Position numbers and translations under genes: made by a program. This document shows positions 1 through 8,690 of a stretch of 64,000 bases of DNA, in pieces (positions within the stretch are counted from its first letter, which is position 1; the number at the start of each line of letters is the position of its first letter). The notes below the pieces were generated by a model. The model was not told where the DNA came from, ran no database searches, and saw only the letters and a list, made by a program, of their open reading frames with translations. The DNA is from Candidatus Parcubacteria bacterium (GTDB taxonomy: Bacteria; Patescibacteriota; Minisyncoccia; Phycocordibacterales; CAIZLB01): positions 89,905-153,904 of the forward strand of contig JBDKLC010000005.1 in the NCBI GenBank assembly GCA_039795775.1. Direction: 5' to 3'.

Positions 1-229
1 AGTTAGTCATGCTATCTGTTGAAGCACAAATATCAAGAGTCACTCCATCAGCGGTTGTGAAAGGGTAGGTGTGTCTCGTATCTGTTCGTGTTTCAGAAGA
101 CTTTCGAGAAGAAATAATAGACACAGTAAAACCTGCTTTGGTCAAAGCTACGGAATCGTTATAGGTTTGTATTTCTACACCACCGCCCTCCATGAGTGGA
201 TAGTCGTGAATGTATAGTATTTTTTTCAT
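1..229 (-). CDS. glycosyltransferase family 4, N-terminal fragment (gene continues beyond window start)
   Basis: Reverse complement from ATG at 229 reads MKKILYIHDYPLMEGGGVEIQTYNDSVALTKAGFTVSIISS..., a typical GT4 N-terminus. Its ATG overlaps the TGA of the upstream LmbE-like gene (ATGA overlap), implying an operon. Confidence 0.5.
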   Translation of the reverse strand, partial: MKKILYIHDYPLMEGGGVEIQTYNDSVALTKAGFTVSIISSRKSSETRTDTRHTYPFTTADGVTLDICASTDSMTN

Positions 230-954
230 GATGATTGTATAAATTCTGCCAATGCTACTGCCGCTCCGTGTGTCATTCGATACCAAGGTGGATTCACCAA
301 CTGGAAACATTCTGCATACGCTACGCCAATTCTGCCACCTCGTGCCATAGAGAGACCTTCGTCTAGTCTTGCTAAGTCACCAAGTCGCTCTCCATATGCC
401 ATCGCGATCGCTTTTTTCTTTAGCTCTTGAGTTGAAGTAATGTCGATGTAGATAGAGGGATTACCTAAAACATTTAATCCGTCAGACTCGAGAATGACAC
501 AGTCTTTTATCTTTTGCCCGTACTCGAGGAGCATACTTCTCATGGCAATCTCGATAGCTTGAAGTACGAGCGAATTTGTTTGTCGGTGTTCAAAGTGATA
601 ATCCTGGCTGTGTTGTACGATGATAATGTTTGGTCGAACAGATCTGATATATTTCACCAGTGCGAGCACATCTTGTTCATTATTTTCGAGGAATTGTGTT
701 TTGTTATCGTAGATATATGTAGTCATTCCTATAGCTTGAGCAAATGCATTCGCTTCTTTTTTTCTTTCCTCAATAACCAGATCATCTGATAGTGACGTCT
801 CAGCATTGTTTGGTTTACCACCTCTTCCAGGAGTTGTGATATATGAGTGAACATCAAAACCCCTCTTCGACATGAGAGCTAATGTTCCGGCTACTTGTGT
901 TTCGTCATCAGGGTGTGCCCCAATAAACATAATTGTGTTTTTGTTTGTATTCAT
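226..954 (-). CDS. PIG-L/LmbE-family N-acetylglucosaminyl deacetylase
   Basis: 242 aa. N-terminal FIGAHPDDETQVAG motif (the AHPDDE metal-binding signature of LmbE/BshB/MshB/PIG-L). Confidence 0.8.
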   Translation of the reverse strand: MNTNKNTIMFIGAHPDDETQVAGTLALMSKRGFDVHSYITTPGRGGKPNNAETSLSDDLVIEERKKEANAFAQAIGMTTYIYDNKTQFLENNEQDVLALVKYIRSVRPNIIIVQHSQDYHFEHRQTNSLVLQAIEIAMRSMLLEYGQKIKDCVILESDGLNVLGNPSIYIDITSTQELKKKAIAMAYGERLGDLARLDEGLSMARGGRIGVAYAECFQLVNPPWYRMTHGAAVALAEFIQSS

Positions 955-988
955 ACGTAAAAAAATTTATTAATAATTTGTATGGAAA

Positions 989-1018
989 GCAGTGAAATGG
1001 GTTGGGCCATTTCACTGC
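989..1018 (-). terminator. hairpin terminator downstream of minus-strand gene 1034..2068
   Basis: Perfect 12-bp inverted repeat GCAGTGAAATGG/CCATTTCACTGC with a 6-nt loop. T-rich on the minus strand beyond it (A-run 955-988 on plus). Confidence 0.5.
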
Positions 1019-1033
1019 TGATGCGGTGGGCAA

Positions 1034-2068
1034 TTATGCCGTAACCACGAGTGTGCAGCCTTCAGAGACGATTGGAGTCGTCTTCATGCAGCGCACGAGA
1101 TCCGCTGGTGAGCGGTGACAGCACAAGTCTTCGAACTCACAAAGAGTGAGGTCCCTTTGCTTGGGCGATCCATCATCCGTGTTCGGGCGGAAGTAGAACC
1201 TTGTGCTCAGGCTCATGCGACCTGCATACTTTTGAGCCACCTGAGTGATGGTTCCACGAGGGTCAGAGTAGTCCCTCAGGAAAAAGTGTGCCGTCGCATT
1301 GATTTTCTCCTGCAGAAACAGTGCCGAGTATACATTGAGCTCAAGGCCCGTTACGTATACGAAGTGAGCAACTGTTGTGTCGTTGACAACCCACTTAGCA
1401 ACGCGTTGCGCCGCCCAGCAGCCTTGAGGGAGTTTTGCATCGTTTGCTTTTGTTACGATGTATGTCCCTTTTAGCCGCCTGAGTGAGCAACGTTCAGCAC
1501 AGCATGGACAAGTCCATGAGCCGATGGCTTTTCCTTCCGGAGTTACATCAGCGAGATCGCCGATCTTTATGCCGAGTTTCGTGCATTGATCGTGAAGCTC
1601 GACAATCTGAATCCGTGGAAGGATCTGACTTGCATCAAACCCTTCGTGACCGTGAAGCTTGTGGGCAACACGTTCGAGGTGGCGCATGCGTTGTTCGACG
1701 ACTGTTCCTTGTGCAAATATCGCATGCACTACCGGCAGTCCGAACAGAGCGCTCAGAAACTTGGCCTGACCGTAGAAGTCAAACCATATATCGGCAGTCT
1801 CTGCCAGACACCAGTCGCCCCAGATATGACCGTATTCGCCGATCGTTCCGGAAAGCATGATATCTGTCGTGATACTTGAACGTTGGAAGGTGTTCGCCAT
1901 CCAAAGAGCAGAGAAGAGCTCTGGAGCACGCAGGTTTGGAACCTGTGTTGATCCGTCGAAATGACAGATATGTTGAGGTTGTTCAGCCATGTGTGCGGCT
2001 TGTTGAATTCCCAGGGTCTGAAGTTCTGAGAATCCGCCATTGAGTGTTTTTGCGTATGTTGATTTCAC
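1034..2068 (-). CDS. hypothetical Cys-containing protein (GC-elevated segment)
   Basis: 344-aa uninterrupted ORF in a roughly 55-57% GC stretch. Contains CPCCAERC and C-terminal Cys residues. No family recognised by eye. Confidence 0.5.
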   Translation of the reverse strand: MKSTYAKTLNGGFSELQTLGIQQAAHMAEQPQHICHFDGSTQVPNLRAPELFSALWMANTFQRSSITTDIMLSGTIGEYGHIWGDWCLAETADIWFDFYGQAKFLSALFGLPVVHAIFAQGTVVEQRMRHLERVAHKLHGHEGFDASQILPRIQIVELHDQCTKLGIKIGDLADVTPEGKAIGSWTCPCCAERCSLRRLKGTYIVTKANDAKLPQGCWAAQRVAKWVVNDTTVAHFVYVTGLELNVYSALFLQEKINATAHFFLRDYSDPRGTITQVAQKYAGRMSLSTRFYFRPNTDDGSPKQRDLTLCEFEDLCCHRSPADLVRCMKTTPIVSEGCTLVVTA

Positions 2069-2120
2069 GGTAAAGTGCGTGTTTCTGTCGTTGTGTGTGG
2101 TTGTTAACGTTGAAAGAACT

Positions 2121-2145
2121 AAAAAACCAGCTCATCGAGAGCTGG
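2121..2145 (-). terminator. minus-oriented hairpin in 5' leader/upstream of gene 1034..2068
   Basis: A-run 2121-2126 then CCAGCTC-atcga-GAGCTGG. Read on the minus strand it is a hairpin followed by TTTTTT. Confidence 0.3.
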
Positions 2146-2431
2146 CTTATAGTGAAGTAGATAATGTATGTAACGTGTCAGTTATATAATTTCAGCACAA
2201 GTCAGATCTCGATAATTAGAAATAAGCAGAGTCCAGAAAACTCGCTTAAAGAAATTATGTCGATATGTTGTGCCCAAATTAATTTGCATGTGGAATATAT
2301 TATATGATATTTCTACATCGGTCAAATAATGTGATAAATAAAGCAATATTTTTATAACGCAACTTGCTGCATCACTGTGGCTTTTTTATATGAGTGGTAT
2401 AATAGACGTATAACAAATTTAATAAGATAAA

Positions 2432-3133
2432 ATGAAATCAAAACGAGCCGGGTTTGCAATGGTAGGTGTTTTAGTTCTTTCCATTGCAGTCCTTACTGGC
2501 GTCACTTACATACTAAAAAATGCAGGTACACCTAACGATCCTGTCACTTTGGTAGCCCAAGCAATAAAAGGTGCAAAGTCAACTCCTTCGGGATCTGGAA
2601 AACCACCATGTCCAAAAAAATGTGTTGCTTTGAAAGCAAAAGCGGACGCAGCAGCGGATGCAGCAGATAAAGCAAATAAAGCCACTGAGAAAGCTTGCGA
2701 GAGAAAAATCAATCCTGATGGGTCACAAGGTGATCTTATAAACAAAGCAGCATGTGATAAAGCAATCGAAGCCGGTAAAAGGGCTCGAGCTGCTGCTGAA
2801 AAGGCTTCACTTGACTATGTTAAGTGTATTAACCAAAACGCTGCATGGCAGTTATGTCCACACTCTAGCTTTCCATATAGTTGGAATATTGATGATCCAG
2901 ACAAACAATGTGCAAAACTAGAGGCTAATTTAGAACAGCAGAGAAAGTGGTTGGTTGCTTCACTTGAATCATATAAAAAATGTATGGAGAACCCACCAAT
3001 GAGACCGTATTGTACAAATCCAAATGGTAGTGAGTATGAACGTGCTCTTCTAGATCTAGGATTTTATTGTCCAGATTCTGCTCGCAACAAACCTTCTTCG
3101 TCAGAGATACTCAGTGGAGTAAGAAAAAATTAA
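2432..3133 (+). CDS. secreted/membrane-anchored Cys-rich hypothetical protein
   Basis: 233 aa with an N-terminal hydrophobic segment (AGFAMVGVLVLSIAVLTGV). About 10 Cys in CxxxC-like spacing and Lys/Ala-rich stretches. Confidence 0.6.
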   Translation: MKSKRAGFAMVGVLVLSIAVLTGVTYILKNAGTPNDPVTLVAQAIKGAKSTPSGSGKPPCPKKCVALKAKADAAADAADKANKATEKACERKINPDGSQGDLINKAACDKAIEAGKRARAAAEKASLDYVKCINQNAAWQLCPHSSFPYSWNIDDPDKQCAKLEANLEQQRKWLVASLESYKKCMENPPMRPYCTNPNGSEYERALLDLGFYCPDSARNKPSSSEILSGVRKN

Positions 3134-3155
3134 TTTAGCTGATTGTAATTAAACA

Positions 3156-3188
3156 TAAAAAAGCCACCGCAAGGTGGCTTTTTTATTT
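3156..3188. terminator. bidirectional rho-independent terminator
   Basis: AAAAAAGCCACC-gcaa-GGTGGCTTTTTTATTT: an 8-bp stem with a GNRA loop flanked by an A-run and a T-run. Sits between convergent genes 2432..3133(+) and 3225..4370(-). Confidence 0.7.
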
Positions 3189-3224
3189 GAGCAGTTATAT
3201 TTGCTCTGAATGGGATTGGTGAAA

Positions 3225-4370
3225 TTATCGATAGAAACTTACAGATGCTGTGTTGTTTCCTTCGTTTGATTCAACGAGGTAGTTACTTGGGTCAAGCCAC
3301 ATAGTAACTGAGTTGTTACCCGCTCGGATGTTGTCGAATTCTACGACGTAGATGACTGAACTGTTTCCTGGAATAGAAATTTCAGCATTTGAGTTATAAA
3401 TTCGAGTTGGACTGTCAGCAAGTTCGCCTCGGAAGTACCAAGGACCTGTCGCATTGTTTCCGTTGTTTACAACTTCGAATCGAATCGCAACACGATTTGA
3501 GTTTTGAAGGTTTGTAGTAGGGTAGAATTGACCACCAGAGAGTATTCCAGACTGAATGTTTCGGATGGCGAGATCAGGTTGTACTGAGCCGTTACCGTTA
3601 CCATTGTAGTTTGTTCCACTTACTGAGAGTGGTACAGATGCAACGTTGTTTCCTTCGTTTGATTCAGCAACACCATTGAATGGGTCGGCAGTAATCACAA
3701 CAGTTGGATTGTTGTCTGTTCGTGGTCTATCAAAGATAGCCTGACCTTCGATTGCAAGACCTGCTGGAATAGATCCGATATTTGTAATATCACGAACCTG
3801 ATCTGCAGCATCGAGAGACGGCATAGTTACCTTGAGATTCCATGTTCCAGTTGAACCAGTACCTCGGTTTTCTACTTTAAATTTTACAACGACAGAATCA
3901 CTTGTAGTAAATGTGTTTGTTGGAATGAATGCGCCTGCTGAGTTGATGATTCCTTTTTCAAGAACAGTCACAACGAGGTCTGGATTACCAGGAACGTATC
4001 CAGGTACATATGATGTACCACCAGTTGGACGTGTATAACCACCACCTGTAGAAGGTCGTGTCACAGTACCAGAGTTTGATCCTGAAGAATTGTTAGAACC
4101 AGTTGTAGTTGGTTTTGATGTAGAAGGAGTACTTGAGGAAATGATAACGAATCCACCATTTGATGTTGGTGTAGTAGTAGCTGTACCAGTTTTCTTATCG
4201 TCACCACCAAAAAGGGAAGTGATAGATACAGATGCGTTGGCGAGAGCGTTAAGAGCTCGAGGTACAATTCGTACGATACCAATACTCAAAAATACGAGGA
4301 TTGCTAAAATTCCGAGGATGACAAGTACACGGAGTACTGTCTGTGATGTCTTGTTTTCGTTGTTTTCCAT
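3225..4370 (-). CDS. N-terminally anchored surface protein with three CARDB-like repeats
   Basis: 381 aa. TM helix near the N-terminus, then a Thr/Ser/Gly-rich linker. Repeated segments each end in the ESNEGNN motif typical of CARDB domains. Confidence 0.7.
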   Translation of the reverse strand: MENNENKTSQTVLRVLVILGILAILVFLSIGIVRIVPRALNALANASVSITSLFGGDDKKTGTATTTPTSNGGFVIISSSTPSTSKPTTTGSNNSSGSNSGTVTRPSTGGGYTRPTGGTSYVPGYVPGNPDLVVTVLEKGIINSAGAFIPTNTFTTSDSVVVKFKVENRGTGSTGTWNLKVTMPSLDAADQVRDITNIGSIPAGLAIEGQAIFDRPRTDNNPTVVITADPFNGVAESNEGNNVASVPLSVSGTNYNGNGNGSVQPDLAIRNIQSGILSGGQFYPTTNLQNSNRVAIRFEVVNNGNNATGPWYFRGELADSPTRIYNSNAEISIPGNSSVIYVVEFDNIRAGNNSVTMWLDPSNYLVESNEGNNTASVSFYR

Positions 4371-4502
4371 AGTGGCTGAATAATACCATATAATACATAT
4401 ACGTCAAGTGCTCCTGTTGCAACTCATTTCATATACATAATGCGATAGAGGTCGCGTTTAATAATCGTTATCACCCTACTACATATGACGAATAGAATAG
4501 GA

Positions 4503-4531
4503 TTGACTTATACACCATTTTGATGTATAAT
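4503..4531 (+). promoter_or_regulatory. candidate sigma70-type promoter (TTGACT-17-TATAAT) giving a near-leaderless sortase mRNA
   Basis: TTGACT at 4503-4508, a 17-nt spacer, TATAAT at 4526-4531. The ATG at 4539 lies 7 nt after the -10 and there is no Shine-Dalgarno. Confidence 0.4.
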
Positions 4532-4538
4532 AGTCTTA

Positions 4539-5246
4539 ATGAATAATCTCTTTCAGAGACACGAAATTCGATTTATCGCCTGGTTTTCAGGGATATTTCT
4601 ACTTACAATAGCCATACTTTCAGGTACTGGTTTTATTCCTAGTGAATTCCAAGAAAAGACACCAGAACCGGGCATATTTGAAAAAATGCGTTTGGCCTTC
4701 CTTGGTGTACCGTATTGGGCACCTTCGGCTACAGAACTCCCTTCAAGAGGCACTAGTAAGAGCACAACTACAACTACTAATAAAAATACGACTACAGAGG
4801 TACAGGTAGAAACACCAGTACGTTTGGCTATTCCAATGATTGATCTCGATACGGGTATTCGAAATCCTGCTTCTACAAACACAACACTTCTCGACGACGA
4901 ACTCCAGCGGGGTGCAGTGCGATACCCAGGATCCGGCTATCCAGGAGTAGGAAATATGTTTATTTTTGGCCATAGTACAAGTTTCAGTATTGTACAAAAC
5001 CAAGCATACAAAGTGTTCAACCGTCTCAAGGAACTCAAGACAGGGGACGAGATTAAGGTCTATTCTGACTCACAGGTATACGTCTATAAAGTTACAACAG
5101 TAAAAAAAGTTGACAAGAACGACACCTGGGTTAAATTCGATGTAGATAACAACATTCTCACTCTCTCTACATGTGATAGTTTCGGTAAAAAAGCTGACAG
5201 ATACGTGGTTGAAGCACAATACATTAGTAAGGGGGCTGTCAAGTAA
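4539..5246 (+). CDS. sortase (transpeptidase) family protein
   Basis: 235 aa. N-terminal TM anchor. Catalytic motifs FGHS (His) and TLSTC (the TLxTC Cys), plus a downstream Arg (KKADRYV). Confidence 0.85.
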   Translation: MNNLFQRHEIRFIAWFSGIFLLTIAILSGTGFIPSEFQEKTPEPGIFEKMRLAFLGVPYWAPSATELPSRGTSKSTTTTTNKNTTTEVQVETPVRLAIPMIDLDTGIRNPASTNTTLLDDELQRGAVRYPGSGYPGVGNMFIFGHSTSFSIVQNQAYKVFNRLKELKTGDEIKVYSDSQVYVYKVTTVKKVDKNDTWVKFDVDNNILTLSTCDSFGKKADRYVVEAQYISKGAVK

Positions 5247-5288
5247 GTACTTGACTTATTCTAACAATCGGTATATAATAGTAACACT

Positions 5289-6746
5289 ATGAATATGAAT
5301 ATTACAAACACAATTTCAGGTAAAAAGCGAGCAGGATTCTTGGCTATCTGTGCGGTCCTCTTTGCTTTCACATTAATGGTAATTCCAGCACAGGTACAGG
5401 CCGGTGGAGACGAAGGTGACGACTACGATACAAGTGGCGTTAACTGGGGAAACTCAGACTACGATACAAGTGGTGTAAACTGGGGAAACTCAGATTACGA
5501 TACTAGTGGTGTAAACTGGGGTTCTAACGGATACAGTTCAGGTGGTGCATCTGATAGTGGTTCAAACTACTATACATATGATACTCCAACTTATAAGTAT
5601 TACTCACCATCATCATCTGGTTCAGGTTATACAAACTACTCGACACCTACATACAAGTACAATACTTCAAGAGGTAACGGTGGTAGTTTAGCTTCTGGTT
5701 ACACACCGATGACATATGTCCCTTACAATAGTAATAAAAATACTAATACACAGGGTCAGTCTTCAAGTAACAAGAATACAAACACAAACAATAACTCTAG
5801 TAAGTCTACTAGTGCGAGTACTGCAAGTGCGAACAACACAAACAATATTTCGAACACTAACAACAACCAGGACATTACGAACAACGTAAACAACAACAAC
5901 ATTAGTCTCGTTGTATACGCAGCTGGTGCTACATCAACTTACAGTAATGTGAGTGATAACAATCAGCAGCTCGATGGTTATTGTGTGATCAACCCTTCAA
6001 CAGCCGAAATAAACCAGGATCTTAACTTCATGGCTTATCCAAACGGTGGTAACGGTTCATACACATATAGTTGGTCAGGTACTGACGGTCTTACAAGTAC
6101 ATATCAGAACTTTACAGGACGATACGGTACAGCTGGATACAAAACAGCATACGTAACTATCCGATCTGGAAGTCAGATTGTAACAAAGACATGTAGTACA
6201 ACTATCGTACAGCGATATACACCTCCTACAGGTAACTCAATCAGTGCATACTGTGTTGCGACACCTTCATCAGTTGGTATCAACCAGACTGTGACATGGA
6301 ACGTATACGCTTCAGGTGGTAACGGTAACTACGGTTACTACTGGTCAGGTACAGACAGTCTCTTCGGATACTCTCAGTACATCCAGAAGTCATATAGTTA
6401 TGCTGGTACTAAACAAGCATCAGTTACAGTAACTTCAGGTGGTCAGTCAATTACAGCTACATGTAATGCTGATGTCACAGGAGGTTCAGTATCTAATGTA
6501 AATGTCTACCGACAGCCTACATCTGGTACACCAGTTTCAGGAGTATTCTTGAATCAGGTTCCAGACACAGGTATCAACTGGAGTTTGAAAACAACTCTCT
6601 TCGCGGCAGGTCTTCTTATGTGGAGTGCATTCGTAGCATACATGGTTATCGCTCGACGAAAGCAGTCTCTCGCACTTGCATCTGGTACTTCTAAGGAAGC
6701 AGCATTCAAGCTCGCAAACATGCAGAAGAAAGGTTTGATCTCATAA
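5289..6746 (+). CDS. cell-surface protein with C-terminal sortase sorting signal (VPDTG + TM + RRK)
   Basis: 485 aa. Signal peptide, then 3x DYDTSGVNWGNS repeats and an S/N/T-rich low-complexity region. Two roughly 80-aa repeated domains (YCV..P....INQ...GGNG.Y.Y.WSGTD). C-terminus reads LNQVPDTG followed by a hydrophobic helix and ARRKQ. Confidence 0.7.
   Translation: MNMNITNTISGKKRAGFLAICAVLFAFTLMVIPAQVQAGGDEGDDYDTSGVNWGNSDYDTSGVNWGNSDYDTSGVNWGSNGYSSGGASDSGSNYYTYDTPTYKYYSPSSSGSGYTNYSTPTYKYNTSRGNGGSLASGYTPMTYVPYNSNKNTNTQGQSSSNKNTNTNNNSSKSTSASTASANNTNNISNTNNNQDITNNVNNNNISLVVYAAGATSTYSNVSDNNQQLDGYCVINPSTAEINQDLNFMAYPNGGNGSYTYSWSGTDGLTSTYQNFTGRYGTAGYKTAYVTIRSGSQIVTKTCSTTIVQRYTPPTGNSISAYCVATPSSVGINQTVTWNVYASGGNGNYGYYWSGTDSLFGYSQYIQKSYSYAGTKQASVTVTSGGQSITATCNADVTGGSVSNVNVYRQPTSGTPVSGVFLNQVPDTGINWSLKTTLFAAGLLMWSAFVAYMVIARRKQSLALASGTSKEAAFKLANMQKKGLIS
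5421..5528 (+). repeat. 3 x 36-bp near-perfect tandem repeat inside CDS 5289..6746
   Basis: gactacgatacaagtggcgttaactggggaaactca repeated three times with a few substitutions. Encodes DYDTSGVNWGNS x3. Confidence 0.9.
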
Positions 6747-6813
6747 ACGGATTTCAAATCAGGACTCACGTCCCGAAAGCAAAGTAAGTTCATATTCATT
6801 CTCAACTCATAAA

Positions 6814-6845
6814 CAAAAAGCCCCAGCAATGGGGCTTTTTGTTTT
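6814..6845. terminator. bidirectional rho-independent terminator
   Basis: AAAAAGCCCCA-gcaa-TGGGGCTTTTTGTTTTG between convergent genes 5289..6746(+) and thrS(-). Confidence 0.8.
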
Positions 6846-6858
6846 GCTTTATTTTTTC

Positions 6859-8625
6859 TTAGTACGCCTTAGAATTGTTTTCTTCTGTAAGCTTTTGTGT
6901 CACTGCTTCGATAGACATCTGGCCAAGGTTGCCTTTGTCTCGACTTTCGAGAGTTACCATGTTTGCTTCTATTTCTTTGTCACCGATAACAATCCAATAA
7001 GGAAGTTTGTCGACTTTTGAAGCTCGCACTTTCTTTCCAAGACCTTCTGCAGAGTCGTCGAGTTCTGATCGGAGGCCTGCGGCAGTGAGAGCTGCGTGAA
7101 CTGTCTTTGCGTATTCGTGCTGTCGTTCACCGATAGGGATAATCTTTACTTGTACAGGTGAAAGCCAGAGAGGGAAGTTGCCCGCCAAGTGTTCGATGAG
7201 AGTAGCCATGAATCGTTCGATAGAACCCATAATGGCACAGTGAATCATCACGATCTGTTCTTTTTCACCTTTCTCATTTATACATGTGAGACCAAATCGC
7301 TGAGGCATGTTGAAGTCGAGCTGAATTGTAGCTACCTGAAGTGTTCGTCCGATAGAGTCTTTACTGATGAAGTCGATCTTTGGTCCGTACATTGCTGCTT
7401 CACCTTTACCGTCGATGTATTCGTAGCCTCGCTTTTCGATAATAGCTTTGATTTGATTTTCAGCTTTTTCCCATGTCTCTTTTGTACCAATATATTTTTC
7501 AAAAGATTCTGGATCGTGTCGTGAGAATCGTACTTGGAGGTTGTTGAAACCGAATGTCTTGTAGAAGTTGTCGATGATATCCCAGATAGCAAAGATTTCT
7601 TCTTCAATTTGAATTTCTCGACAGAATACGTGTGCATCGTCTTGAGTAATAGATCGTACTCGTGAAAGACCAGCAAGCTCACCTGACTGTTCGTCTCGAT
7701 ATACCATTGTAGTTTCGCAGTATCGTTGTGGAAGGTCCTTGTAACTTCGCTGTGCACTATCGTAGATCTGAGTATGGTGAGGACAGTTCATTGGCTTCAT
7801 TGCAAAGAGATGCTTTTCTCGAGTTTCAATCTTGAAGAGTTCATCTGCAAATTTTGCCCAGTGACCTGATGTCTCGTAGAGGTCCTTTTTTGTGATGTGA
7901 GGAATAGTTACTTTCTGGTAGCCTTTTGCTTTTCGCATGTCCCATACGTAGTCGTTGAGAGCTTCTCGGATAAATGTTCCTTTTGGAGTCCAGAGTGGAA
8001 GACCTGAACCTACGAGTTCAGAGAATACGAAGAGTCCCATTTCTTTACCAATCTTTTTGTGATCTCGTTTTGCAGCTTCTTCCATTTGGAGGACATACGC
8101 CTCGAGTTCTTCTTTTGAGTGAAAGGCGAGACCGTATACTCGACTGAGCATTTTGTTCTTTTCATCACCTCGCCAGTATGCGCCAGCGATTTTTGAAAGC
8201 TTGAATGAGTGAGCATCTATGTCTTTGCTTGGGTGTTCTACGTGACCACCTCGACAGAGGTCTGTGAATGCTCCTGATGTGTAGAGGGTAATGTCTTCAC
8301 CTTTTGCTACGATCTCTTCGATGAGCTCGAGTTTGAAAGGGTTGTCTGCAAAGTATGCTCGGGCTTCATCAGCTGAAACTTTCTTATGAGAAAATTCTGT
8401 CCATGTTTTGAGAAGTTCTCGCATTTTCTTTTCGATAGCCGGAAAGTCTTTTTCTGAAACGGCAGTATCTTTGTCTTGTGCAAAGTCCATGTCGTAATAG
8501 AAGCCATTGTCTACAGCTGGGCCAATGGTAAGAAGCGTCTTTGGATAGAGTTCGGTGATTGCTGCCGCTAAAAGGTGGGCAAGTGTATGTCGTACGTGTT
8601 CTATATTTGGCTTATTCATAAACAA
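6859..8625 (-). CDS. thrS: threonyl-tRNA synthetase (short form lacking N-terminal TGS domain)
   Basis: 588 aa. HVRHTLAHLLAAAI editing-domain HxxxH motif. Class II core and anticodon-binding region throughout. Confidence 0.9.
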   Translation of the reverse strand: MFMNKPNIEHVRHTLAHLLAAAITELYPKTLLTIGPAVDNGFYYDMDFAQDKDTAVSEKDFPAIEKKMRELLKTWTEFSHKKVSADEARAYFADNPFKLELIEEIVAKGEDITLYTSGAFTDLCRGGHVEHPSKDIDAHSFKLSKIAGAYWRGDEKNKMLSRVYGLAFHSKEELEAYVLQMEEAAKRDHKKIGKEMGLFVFSELVGSGLPLWTPKGTFIREALNDYVWDMRKAKGYQKVTIPHITKKDLYETSGHWAKFADELFKIETREKHLFAMKPMNCPHHTQIYDSAQRSYKDLPQRYCETTMVYRDEQSGELAGLSRVRSITQDDAHVFCREIQIEEEIFAIWDIIDNFYKTFGFNNLQVRFSRHDPESFEKYIGTKETWEKAENQIKAIIEKRGYEYIDGKGEAAMYGPKIDFISKDSIGRTLQVATIQLDFNMPQRFGLTCINEKGEKEQIVMIHCAIMGSIERFMATLIEHLAGNFPLWLSPVQVKIIPIGERQHEYAKTVHAALTAAGLRSELDDSAEGLGKKVRASKVDKLPYWIVIGDKEIEANMVTLESRDKGNLGQMSIEAVTQKLTEENNSKAY

Positions 8626-8690
8626 TTGGTTATGACAGCTATAGTAGCAGGTTTTGGCAGGAGATTAAAGCCAAGCGGCTGAGGTGCTCG

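Noticed and set aside
514-789. 91-aa plus-strand ORF inside the LmbE-like gene
   Set aside because: Antisense to a well-supported CDS.
1034-2068. tRNA-guanine transglycosylase (TGT/DpdA)-like identity for the 344-aa Cys protein
   Set aside because: DGSTQ, GTIGE and CPCCxxxC loosely resemble TGT's DSGGFQ, GLAVGE and Zn site. Their spacing is about 40 aa apart instead of about 130 and is incompatible with the TGT TIM-barrel.
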